64,000 bases of DNA. Source: Massalongia carnosa. Lineage: Eukaryota. Positions 35,361 to 44,803 of this stretch are shown here, piece by piece (position 1 is the stretch's first letter; each line of letters begins with the position of its first letter). Both the position numbers and the translations under genes were made by a program. The notes below the pieces were generated by a model, which worked only from the letters and a program-made list of their open reading frames with translations, ran no database searches and was not told the origin of the DNA. The stretch covers positions 1,426,001 through 1,490,000 of the forward strand of contig OZ287084.1 in the NCBI GenBank assembly GCA_965645245.1. Direction: 5' to 3'.

Positions 35361-37193
35361 ATGACGCTCAATGAAGAAGAAATCCCGAGTGTATCAGACA
35401 AATCTCCCATTTCAGCGAAGCAACATAAAATAAATCGCAAAAGAAGTGTTCGGGATATTTTAATCGACCTTCCCCCTATTTCCTCAAAATATACCCCCAT
35501 TCGGGTTGAAAACAGGCCTTTTGTTCCGCTCGTTGAAAACGATTCTCGAAATCCTTTGGGATTATTTCGGTTATTTATAACAAGGCAGCATTGTCGTATC
35601 ATCGCAAATCATACCAATATCAAGGCAAATAACTACATGGAAAAGGAGAAGGAGAACAATCATCGGGTTTGGACTGACACTACTGACTCGGAAATTGAGG
35701 TTTTTTTGGGCATACTAATTCTTATGGGACTCGATCATCTACCTGCTACAGAGGATTATTGGAATCAACGTCCTGACAAACCAGTTATCATGCCTATTCT
35801 GTCCGCGATGTCGCTTGGTCGATTTCAACAAATCAAACGATTTTCGAAAATCAATAATGGACAGACTGAGCCTATCGGACTTGGTCAAGGACCTGATTGG
35901 TGGAAGAAACTGGAACCGTTGGCTACTGATTTCCGAAAGACTTCATTGAAACATTGCAGACCAGGAAGTATGATATCTATAGATGAACAGCTGGTGTTAT
36001 TCAAGGGCCGTTCTCGACATACCTTGCAGATTACTACAAAAAGTGCCCATAAAGGATTTAAAATCTACAGTCTCTGTCAGGATAATTATCTGTTGTCATT
36101 TATGTTTGCCTCGAAGAGTAGCAGAATAAGTGAATTGAAAACAGTCAGACAATTGGGATTTTTGCCAAAAGATAAACTAACTCCTAGTGCTTTGCTAGTG
36201 ATTCAGTTATGTAAAGAACTTCCATCCTCACTGAATTATCATCTTTTCTGTGATAATTTCTTTACTAGTACGAAATTATTCAAGGCACTTCGATCAATCG
36301 GAATAGCTGCCAGTGGAACTGCTAAAAAGGGCTCGGGCTTTCCAGAAGAATTGTTGGCCATACGGGACGTCACTTCAAAAGGAAAAGACTGGGGTCTTCA
36401 AGCCCATATGGTGGTCGACGATAAGGTGCTTTGTATGGGCTGGGTGGATAATAATGGTGTGCAGTACATGACCACCGGTCATTCTCCTCAGGACTTGTAC
36501 GAAATGCACTATATAAATCCGCACAAGAGATATGGAATTCCCGAGACCTCTCTTCAACCTATTGTATCGTATTTCCCATCAACTCTGGCTCACTCCATTC
36601 CCTTGCTCAATCAAGAGGTTCAACGGCCCTTAGGATTACCGATACCAGCCCCAATCAAAGAATATAATCTTCATATGGGGGGATCGGATGGAAACGCTCA
36701 GCAACGAGCGATTTACTCATACAATCGTCGAACGGATCGTTACTGGTGGCCTTTGTTCATTTTTATTTTAGATGCAGCCGGATTGAATGCATATAAACTT
36801 TACTCGCTGAACTCTTTCGATTCCGAGGAGATAAAATTTACTCGTTCTGAATTTCTTCGTCGGATTGCTCTTGAACTGATATCAAATCAAGCGGGCATCA
36901 GGCCCGGCTCATCAAAGATAAGCATCAATACCACGATTGATGCTTTAGTACCATCTCCCATTCATCATTACGTTCGTCTTGAAGGCAGAAAAAGATGTGT
37001 GCAATGTAACGCCGAGAAAAAACGACCTTCAAAGCGGAAGGGAGAGCCACTGGCTGAAATAAGTGTCGATGGGCGTAAAAGAAGGCGAAGGGGTGCTCAG
37101 ACTATATGGGCTTGTGGAGGATGTAATCCAATCAGGCCCTGCTGTAAGAAAGCCAGCTGTTGGGAAGCTATTCATATGATAGGGGACGAGTAA
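35361..37193 (+). CDS. piggyBac-type DDD transposase, intact ORF (first ATG at 35361)
   Basis: SIDEQL, CDNFF and YNLHMGGSD catalytic aspartates; C-terminal Cys-rich domain CVQC..CGGC..CC..C...H. Confidence 0.92.
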   Translation: MTLNEEEIPSVSDKSPISAKQHKINRKRSVRDILIDLPPISSKYTPIRVENRPFVPLVENDSRNPLGLFRLFITRQHCRIIANHTNIKANNYMEKEKENNHRVWTDTTDSEIEVFLGILILMGLDHLPATEDYWNQRPDKPVIMPILSAMSLGRFQQIKRFSKINNGQTEPIGLGQGPDWWKKLEPLATDFRKTSLKHCRPGSMISIDEQLVLFKGRSRHTLQITTKSAHKGFKIYSLCQDNYLLSFMFASKSSRISELKTVRQLGFLPKDKLTPSALLVIQLCKELPSSLNYHLFCDNFFTSTKLFKALRSIGIAASGTAKKGSGFPEELLAIRDVTSKGKDWGLQAHMVVDDKVLCMGWVDNNGVQYMTTGHSPQDLYEMHYINPHKRYGIPETSLQPIVSYFPSTLAHSIPLLNQEVQRPLGLPIPAPIKEYNLHMGGSDGNAQQRAIYSYNRRTDRYWWPLFIFILDAAGLNAYKLYSLNSFDSEEIKFTRSEFLRRIALELISNQAGIRPGSSKISINTTIDALVPSPIHHYVRLEGRKRCVQCNAEKKRPSKRKGEPLAEISVDGRKRRRRGAQTIWACGGCNPIRPCCKKASCWEAIHMIGDE

Positions 37194-37535
37194 ATAGGTA
37201 TCTGATACTCCGTACAACTTCTTGTGAATAGGAATAACATTGATTGGTCAAAAGTTTAAGGTTTAGCGCTTTCTAACCAACAATGGTTTAGCTTGGGGGG
37301 GGGTGCTAGAATGACAGTGTCAGGGTCCTGAGGTCACCTGACATCAGACTAGCATCGATTAGGTAATGTGCCGAGGAACCGACTTTTCAGGGGTTATATA
37401 GAACTCCGCCCGAGTAAAGCTTTTAGACTTCGTCTGAAGATTTTGGTGTAGAACTAGGCTATTGAAATTGAACTCGTTTTATCCCTCACACAATCTTCAG
37501 ACCTACAATCAGAATCATTAGGCTAATCAGAAAAC

Positions 37536-39128
37536 ATGAACTCATTAGAATCATCCAGCAGAGATGTCGCTCCCTCGGGGCCGGCCTTCAACACTAGAGC
37601 TCGCTCCATGTCGCGACAATCGACACAGAGCATACCAGGCGAATATGATCCCGCCGACGAAGAGGTGGGAAATGACACTGTTTTGCCGACAAACAAAGAC
37701 AAAGGCAGGGAACCGAAGATCGAGGCCCCGACCTCAGAACCGAAAATCGACATAAGCAATTATGCCATTTATCGAAGTCTGACGGAAAGCAATCCGTCGA
37801 AATCAGCTATGATCATCAAGGTGGCCAATCGAGAAGAGTTGAGAAGGGCCCTCGTCCTAAAGGGAGACGGCGACATATGGTACACTGTTCTAGCCGGCAC
37901 GCTCCTACAACATGAGGTTTTGATCGAGAAATATCAGGACTTGAAAAAAAGAAACAAAGATCTAAAAGGTCTACAGGCAGAATGGACCCGAATGATAAAG
38001 AGCTGGGATCACGAGAGACTAGTATTTGAGGAGGATATCGCGGCTGAAAAATTGGAGACTCAGAAGGTCAAAGCGGAAAACTCGGACCTCATTCGTGAAA
38101 TATCAGAGATGAAACGTCTAGCTCGCGAAGCTACTCAGACGTCGACCTCATCGACTGGTCAAACTGAAGATCAATCCGCCGTCGCTGCCCCCTTAAGCAA
38201 TTATCGACCCAAAGGCACCAACCCGAAGGAGGCCCTCGACGGTTCCAACTCAGACGCCTATAGTGCATGGGCGTTTACGGTGGAAAGAAAAATCAGAACC
38301 GACTCCCCAATGTACACTAGTGAGGAGTTGAAAATCGACTACGCCTTATCGCAGATGAAGGATCCCATTTTCGACGCCATACACACCTGGGTAGTGGATG
38401 CCGGTCCCACTCTCTCTTTGAATACGTTCTTCAAGGAAATTGAGAGCTATCTCGGGATAGCATATTTGACAAAGGACGCGAAGAAGGAATTGAAAGAAAT
38501 AAGCATGAACAAAGATGAAACGGTGACTGAATACTATCATCGAATGTTCAAACTCTGGCAACGTGCAAAAACCCCCGCGGATGAGAGAATTGAGACGTTC
38601 AAGGACACCCTGCGGCCGAACATCGCGCTGTCTCTATTGGGACGGGACTTCATCAGTCTAGAAACCCTCTTGCATGAAGCCAGGAAAATCGAACAGGGAA
38701 GAAAGGAGATGAATCAGAAGTACGCGAAGTCGGAATCTCAGAAGCCCGCGAAAACGACGACTTCTCCTTCTTCTTCCGTCGGTCGTGGTTTAAACAAAAT
38801 CACGACCGCCACCTCCAGTACCTCGATCACAGTCAAACCAAAAGCGACTACGACCAACTCCGCCATCTCCGCCAACCCGAACTCGAAATTCGGACAGGTC
38901 TCGACCAAACCGGAAGGATGGGTAGGAGCTTGGTACGAGGGGACGCTTCACCCGCCCAAGTTGGAGGACGGGGAACGAGAGACTCTGTCACGACAGGGCC
39001 GATGTTGGTCGTGCAGAGGATCAGGGCATAGGGGCCGAGACCCCTGTTGCATTAGGCAAGCAGTGAATCTCAGTAGAGTCGCCATTCGAGAAGACTCATC
39101 CGAGTCCGAGGACTCGGAAAAAGAATGA
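37536..39128 (+). CDS. gag: gypsy-3 Gag
   Basis: 530 aa with coiled coil, retrotransposon gag core and CWSCRGSGH....C knuckle. The stop overlaps the pol ATG (ATGA; pol in the -1 frame). Confidence 0.92.
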   Translation: MNSLESSSRDVAPSGPAFNTRARSMSRQSTQSIPGEYDPADEEVGNDTVLPTNKDKGREPKIEAPTSEPKIDISNYAIYRSLTESNPSKSAMIIKVANREELRRALVLKGDGDIWYTVLAGTLLQHEVLIEKYQDLKKRNKDLKGLQAEWTRMIKSWDHERLVFEEDIAAEKLETQKVKAENSDLIREISEMKRLAREATQTSTSSTGQTEDQSAVAAPLSNYRPKGTNPKEALDGSNSDAYSAWAFTVERKIRTDSPMYTSEELKIDYALSQMKDPIFDAIHTWVVDAGPTLSLNTFFKEIESYLGIAYLTKDAKKELKEISMNKDETVTEYYHRMFKLWQRAKTPADERIETFKDTLRPNIALSLLGRDFISLETLLHEARKIEQGRKEMNQKYAKSESQKPAKTTTSPSSSVGRGLNKITTATSSTSITVKPKATTTNSAISANPNSKFGQVSTKPEGWVGAWYEGTLHPPKLEDGERETLSRQGRCWSCRGSGHRGRDPCCIRQAVNLSRVAIREDSSESEDSEKE

Positions 39129-42100
39129 TTCCTGATGATAGTCGCCATCAGGAATGTCGAGAAGTTTCATTAAGGGTTGTTAGAGCATCTGTTCTTTCTG
39201 TCGATCATCTCGTTCCGGGCAAGCATCTTTTATTTAGATGTAGTATAGCCTCTAATGAAAATCAGTTGATGATCGATAACGGAAGTGAAGCTCAATTTCT
39301 TCATGAATCCTTTGCGCGCAAAATAAAACTAGAGACCATTAGACTAAAAAAAAGAGACAGGGTCAGACTGGAACTTGGGGATGGAAAAGTCCATCAAATC
39401 ATTGATAAGGCCGTTATCGTTCCCGTCAGAACCGGAGATCATGAGGAAAAGTTATTCTGCTATCTGGCCGACATAGGTAATCATACCTTGATCATCGGTG
39501 ATGGATGGCTGCAGGAGCATAACCCTCACATTGATTGGGTTGAACGCACCATGACGTTCTCCAATCGGTGCGTCAGTAAGGGATGCGCACCTCGATCTCA
39601 TTCAGTCTCAAAATTTGAATCCACAATCTTGGAGAAGGAAACGACTGCCTCAGCAAAGAACGAGGCCTTTGAAAATTTCGATATTCAGTCCCTCACCCCG
39701 AAGCGATTTATGAAACTTCTTCGAAGATCGGGTCATCAGACTTACTGTTTCTATCCGAGGGAAAAGCTCAACAAGAAGTTAGATAGGTACGAGAAGAAGC
39801 TTCTGACTGCTTCAAGTATCAACGCAGTCACCAGCGACGATCATGAGAAGTTCATGAAAGACAAAGTCGAATATACTCTGGAAGAATTGAAAAAACGAGT
39901 ACCCGAGGCCTATCATGGCGAGATTGAAGTCTTCATGAGGGCTAAGGCAGACGAGTTGGCACCTCATCGAAAAGAGGATCACGAAATCAATTTGATGCCC
40001 GGGATCGAGCCCCCGTTCATCAAGAATTATCGGCCCATGTCCGAACAGGAATTGACCGCGGTAAGAAAATATCTAGATGAGCACTTAGCAAAAGGGTTTA
40101 TTCGTCCGAGCTCGTCAAAGGCGGCCGCGCCGGTACTATTGGTCAGGAAACCAGGCGGGGGTCTTCGCTTTTGCGTAGATTATCGAGATCTGAATAATAT
40201 CACGGAGAAAAGTCGATACCCCATTCCATTGATCAGCGAGACATTGGCGAAACTCGCCAAAGCAAAGTGGTTTACTAAATTGGACGTCATTCATGCATTC
40301 AATAGGATGAGGATTAAAGAGGGACAAGAGTGGCTCACGGCGTTCAATACTCGATACGGTCAATTTGAATATCTTCTGATGCCCTTCGGACTATGCAACG
40401 CTCCATCAACATTTCAGAGCTATATCAATAACTCCCTGCGAGAATACTTAGATTATTTCGTCACCGCCTATCTGGACGACGTACTGGTGTTCAGTGAAAC
40501 AGAAACGGAGCACATCGAGCAGGTACTGAAGGTACTTCGTCGTCTGAAAGAAAGAGGACTTCAACTGGACATAGACAAGTGTGAATTCTCTGTCTCCGAA
40601 GTCAAGTACCTCGGAATGTTCGTGGGGGTGAATGGCGTTAGAATGGACCCAGAAAAGGTGACGGCCATACTAGAATGGAAGACGCCCGCGTCAGTAAAAG
40701 AGGTGCAGTCCTTTCTTGGATTCGCTAACTTCTATCGTCGCTTCATTGAGCGATTCTCCGAAAAGGTGAAGTGTCTGACCGAGCTAACCCGCGGAGAGCA
40801 ATATGTCACGAAAGGCGGAAAGAGACGCACCAAGTATCAAGACTTCGTGTGGACCACTGAATGTCAGCAAGCTTTCGAAGACATGAAGATTTCTTTTACC
40901 TCTGCGCCGATTCTTGCTCATTACGACCCAAGGCTAGAGACCTGGGTGGAGACAGACGCATCTGACTTCGTAGTATCGGGGATACTCTCTCAGATGCATG
41001 AAGGCGTTCTGAAACCCGTGGCTTATTTCTCGAAGAAGATGAGCCCCGCCGAATGCAATTATGAGATCTACGATAAAGAACTCCTAGCCATCGTAGAAAG
41101 TTTCGTCATCTGGAGACCGGAGCTAGCGGGAGTGGAGCAATCAACAAAGGTCTACTCAGATCATAAGAATCTGGAGACCTTCATGACTTTGAAACAACTA
41201 AATCGCCGTCAAGTGCGTTGGGCTGAGATGCTGGCGGAATATAATTTTCGCATTATGTATAGACCAGGCAAGCAAGGGGGCAAACCGGACGCCCTCACCA
41301 GAAGAGAGCAAGATCTGCCGATGGACGCGGAGGATGATCGCACCAGATATCAATATCAGGTGCTGCTAAAAGAAAATCAGCTGGACGATGAAGTGAAACA
41401 GGACCTGAAGCTGTACGTGACAACCAGATCCATGGCCAATCGAGAACGGGTTGAAGACAACATTACTACTGACTCATCCGATCAAATCAGGGATGAGGAA
41501 GTAGAGGACTTGACGGTAGAGGAGTTCACAATCAATTCGAATGATGATTCGGATGCAGAAAAGCCTGATGAATTATTAGAAAATCTTTTAGCGGAGGCAT
41601 ATCAAGAAGACGCAATGATTCAGGAAGTCATGAAGGCTAAGTTGGAAAATCTGAAGAAATTGCCCGATAAAATTCTAAGCAACGGGCTGAGACTGGCGAT
41701 GGGTGACTTGGAAGTCCGTCACGAAAGACTATACTACAAAACACGCCTCTTCATTCCGAATTTCGACAAGCTGAAGCTGCGTCTTTTATCGGATCATCAT
41801 AATCCCCCGATGCAAGGACACCCCGGGTATCGAGGCATGTATGCCAAAATGCTGGAGAACTATTTCTGGATGTCCATGAAGGATGATTGTCGAAGATACG
41901 CTACTAACTGCTCTACATGCCGAAGGTCCAAGGCGTACAACGATCAGAAACAGGGACTATTAGCCCCACTACCCATACCTCAAAGAAAATGGACAGACTT
42001 ATCTCTGGACTTTGTAGTCAAACTGCCCAAATGTCACAGACGGGGCCGGACGTACGAAAATATCTTGGTTATCGTGGACAGATTGACCAAACGTAGGTTG

Positions 42101-43195
42101 TACGAACCTATGGTGGATATAGGCACGAAGGACGTACTAGAAGTCCTCAAACGTCGGGTCTTTTCAACATACGGCTTGCCAAACTCCATCGTCCACGATC
42201 GCGGGACGCAATTGACAGCCCATCTGTGGAAGCGAATTTGTCAGCGATTAGGAGTCAAATCGAAACCGTCCTCCGCGCATCATCCAGAAACAGATGGTCA
42301 AACCGAAAATGCGAATAAGGTTATGAAGAACTACCTGAGAGCATACGTCAGACATGCTCAAGACGACTGGGTGGACTACTTACCAGATGCCGAATTTGCA
42401 GTCAATAATCATACGAACGCTTCAACCGGAATGTCCCCCTTCTTCGCTGATCACGGTTATCACCCTCGTAGTGGCTCGGAGCCGCCTCAGCCTTTTGACT
42501 CAAATGTCACCGGACGCGCGGAACTGATGTCGGCAGACAAAATAACCGCCCGACAAGAAGCCATGACCAAATGGCTTATCGAGCACCTAACCTGGGCACA
42601 GGCAGATCAGATGAGATATGCCAATGAGTCGCGGGCCCCACATCCAGACTACAAGATAGGAGACATGGTATATGTCAACACCAAAGATTTCTCCGTCGAC
42701 AAGCAGAGTCGCTCCCTGAGTTCCAAAAACGCGGGGCCATGGAAAATCATCCGAAACATAGATAACAAGGCCTATGAATTGGAAATTCCCGAACACTTGA
42801 AAAGAGTGGGGCTCACACCCATATTTCATCCATGGAAACTTCATCTGGCTCCTACGAACCCATTCCCCGGTCAACTTATTGAACCGGGTCCCCCGATACT
42901 GATTCAAGAAGACGCCGAATCCAGTCCTCATGAAGAATATGAAGTCCTCGAAATCGTCGACTGCCGTGAAACTAAGAAATACGGCACTCAGTATAAAGCA
43001 ACCTATATCGGCTCATGGGATGACTGGAACGCAAACCCACCTTGGCAGCCATGGACTGATTTCATTCGCGCCAAAGAAGAAATCAGAAAATTTCATACAG
43101 ACAATAAAGGAAAACCCAACGCCCCAAAGGATGTCCTATTCATGAATAACAGTCAACCATCGACGTCCGGAGCCGCCGTCTCAGAGGAGGGGTAG
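39125..43195 (+). CDS. pol: gypsy-3 Pol (PR-RT-RH-INT-chromodomain)
   Basis: MIDNGS protease, AYLDD, ETDASD, integrase HHCC/DDE, GPW, EEYEVLEIVD chromodomain. Confidence 0.96.
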   Translation: MIPDDSRHQECREVSLRVVRASVLSVDHLVPGKHLLFRCSIASNENQLMIDNGSEAQFLHESFARKIKLETIRLKKRDRVRLELGDGKVHQIIDKAVIVPVRTGDHEEKLFCYLADIGNHTLIIGDGWLQEHNPHIDWVERTMTFSNRCVSKGCAPRSHSVSKFESTILEKETTASAKNEAFENFDIQSLTPKRFMKLLRRSGHQTYCFYPREKLNKKLDRYEKKLLTASSINAVTSDDHEKFMKDKVEYTLEELKKRVPEAYHGEIEVFMRAKADELAPHRKEDHEINLMPGIEPPFIKNYRPMSEQELTAVRKYLDEHLAKGFIRPSSSKAAAPVLLVRKPGGGLRFCVDYRDLNNITEKSRYPIPLISETLAKLAKAKWFTKLDVIHAFNRMRIKEGQEWLTAFNTRYGQFEYLLMPFGLCNAPSTFQSYINNSLREYLDYFVTAYLDDVLVFSETETEHIEQVLKVLRRLKERGLQLDIDKCEFSVSEVKYLGMFVGVNGVRMDPEKVTAILEWKTPASVKEVQSFLGFANFYRRFIERFSEKVKCLTELTRGEQYVTKGGKRRTKYQDFVWTTECQQAFEDMKISFTSAPILAHYDPRLETWVETDASDFVVSGILSQMHEGVLKPVAYFSKKMSPAECNYEIYDKELLAIVESFVIWRPELAGVEQSTKVYSDHKNLETFMTLKQLNRRQVRWAEMLAEYNFRIMYRPGKQGGKPDALTRREQDLPMDAEDDRTRYQYQVLLKENQLDDEVKQDLKLYVTTRSMANRERVEDNITTDSSDQIRDEEVEDLTVEEFTINSNDDSDAEKPDELLENLLAEAYQEDAMIQEVMKAKLENLKKLPDKILSNGLRLAMGDLEVRHERLYYKTRLFIPNFDKLKLRLLSDHHNPPMQGHPGYRGMYAKMLENYFWMSMKDDCRRYATNCSTCRRSKAYNDQKQGLLAPLPIPQRKWTDLSLDFVVKLPKCHRRGRTYENILVIVDRLTKRRLYEPMVDIGTKDVLEVLKRRVFSTYGLPNSIVHDRGTQLTAHLWKRICQRLGVKSKPSSAHHPETDGQTENANKVMKNYLRAYVRHAQDDWVDYLPDAEFAVNNHTNASTGMSPFFADHGYHPRSGSEPPQPFDSNVTGRAELMSADKITARQEAMTKWLIEHLTWAQADQMRYANESRAPHPDYKIGDMVYVNTKDFSVDKQSRSLSSKNAGPWKIIRNIDNKAYELEIPEHLKRVGLTPIFHPWKLHLAPTNPFPGQLIEPGPPILIQEDAESSPHEEYEVLEIVDCRETKKYGTQYKATYIGSWDDWNANPPWQPWTDFIRAKEEIRKFHTDNKGKPNAPKDVLFMNNSQPSTSGAAVSEEG

Positions 43196-43799
43196 TGTCA
43201 GGGTCCTGAGGTCACCTGACATCAGACTAGCATCGATTAGGTAATGTGCCGAGGAACCGACTTTTCAGGGGTTATATAGAACTCCGCCCGAGTAAAGCTT
43301 TTAGACTTCGTCTGAAGATTTTGGTGTAGAACTAGGCTATTGAAATTGAACTCGTTTTATCCCTCACAGACAGCGAGAAGGATAGCTGACATTTGACAGG
43401 TACTTTCCGAACCCCATGTTTCTGGTGGGTCCTTCTGTTCACATTGTCAAATCGACGTCGTCGCTCAGTCCTCGAGGCTGCTCGCTTATTCTCACGATCT
43501 TCTCAAACAGGATTAGCTTGCCACCGAGACGGAATTCGAGCTCGCTGATTGGTTCGGGTCAAATCGGCCACCTATCTCCCGCCTATCGGAATCGTGATGT
43601 CGCTACGTTAGACTCTCGACCGTCTCCACCGTGTCGCAGACTATGCGAGTCCGTCTCTTCCCCTATAATCAATTCCGCCCGTTCAGGTGAGGTCTGTTCG
43701 CATCGCCACCCTCTGTCAGGGTCAAATGGATGCCCCCGTTCTTTCTGTCTTTCTACCGGTCGCTGTATGTCGTTTTCCCACTATCTCTAGATCTCTGTA

Positions 43800-43877
43800 C
43801 GCTGTCGCTGCTTCTAGATCGCTGTTTCCTGTCGCTGTCGCCTGTCGCTATTTCCTGTCGCTGTTTCCTGTCGCTGT

Positions 43878-43907
<30 letters not shown>
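43800..43907 (+). repeat. (CTGTCG)n-type simple repeat in the gypsy-2 leader
   Basis: Runs of CTGTCG and CTGTTTCCTGTCG are directly visible. Confidence 0.8.
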
Positions 43908-43908
<1 letters not shown>

Positions 43909-44373
43909 AAGTCTACTGTCTGTCTCACATGTCTATCTAGACTCGTCGTTTGATTCCTGCTCCCGGTCAAATAGAGATCGCACCGTGGTCGCCAAATGCG
44001 GAAGGAGGAACTGGGTGGTGTGCGTGGTCCACTACTGCTAGGAGTGCAAGAGAACAAACAAACAAGAGAAGAACAGAACAATAGAATAAGAACAATTGCT
44101 AGACTGATCACTGTAAGCCTCGCGCCTCGTGCCTCATGCCTCGTGCCTGTGAACTGTATGTGTTGATGCTATGTGTTGTAGCTATTGCTACGAGCATGCT
44201 TGCTCTAAAAGGAAAAGAACTATCTATAACTAAACTAAAAGAAAGACTGTCACCTGACTTCCCCGCTACCTTTACCGAGTATCAGCCGAAAAGAACCAAC
44301 TCCCGAACCGCTAGCAATTTGAATTTAGAGTATTACCGCTCCACCCCCCTACACCATATAGCCATAGTCATAT

Positions 44374-44698
44374 TGTGATAGGGTGAATAGGGACAAGGGC
44401 AGGTGCTGAGGGGAGGGGGGGGGGATTAGTGTGGACGGAGCGGAGGGGAAGTTTTTCCGGGGCAGAGGCACCCATTTTTCTATAGATAGGGGAAGTTTCA
44501 CCCTCTAGAAAGACAGGCAATCAACATTTTTCTTTCCTTCAGAGTGAGTATTCGTGTCCGAGTGACAGTGTCAGAGTGGCCGAGTCGTCACCGCCAACGT
44601 TCTGTTTGTTGTTTTCACGTGTGTTCCTTGTTTGCTTTCTGCCGGTCTTCTCTCCTTGAGGTCATCACGTATGCACCACCCACGACTACCCCTCTTCA
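44374..44698. repeat. Solo LTR (325 bp), same family as 21422-21746
   Basis: Near-identical to 21422-21746; 4-bp TSD ATAT. Confidence 0.88.
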
Positions 44699-44803
44699 AT
44701 ATACCTATTTCAACACCTCTGCTAAGCGAGATAATAATAGTTTATCCGAGCCTCTATGCGATTAGATTAGATCTTATCTTATCTAATCTATCGGCTAGGC
44801 ACA

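Larger units (their letters stand above)
37318..43368 (+). mobile_element. Intact Ty3/gypsy chromovirus (gypsy-3), very recent insertion
   Basis: Identical 173-bp LTRs at 37318-37490 and 43196-43368; TSD GACAG at 37313-37317 and 43369-43373; PPT AGAGGAGGGG; unbroken gag and pol. Confidence 0.98.
35160..43381 (+). mobile_element. piggyBac-like DNA transposon whose right TIR is interrupted by gypsy-3
   Basis: Left TIR CCCTCTCGCTGTCATTCTAGCACCCCCCTCCCAAGCTAA; right TIR TTAGCTTGGGGGGGGGTGCTAGAATGACAG[gypsy-3]CGAGAAGG. Confidence 0.85.
27205..44353 (-). mobile_element. Ty3/gypsy element without chromodomain (gypsy-2), interrupted in its 5' leader by the piggyBac-like element
   Basis: 357-bp LTRs at 27205-27561 and 43997-44353 (TG..CA). 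PPT at 27562-27579; PBS-like TGGCGACCACGG next to 43996 on the minus strand. Flanks CTGT and CCAT do not match exactly. Confidence 0.85.
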
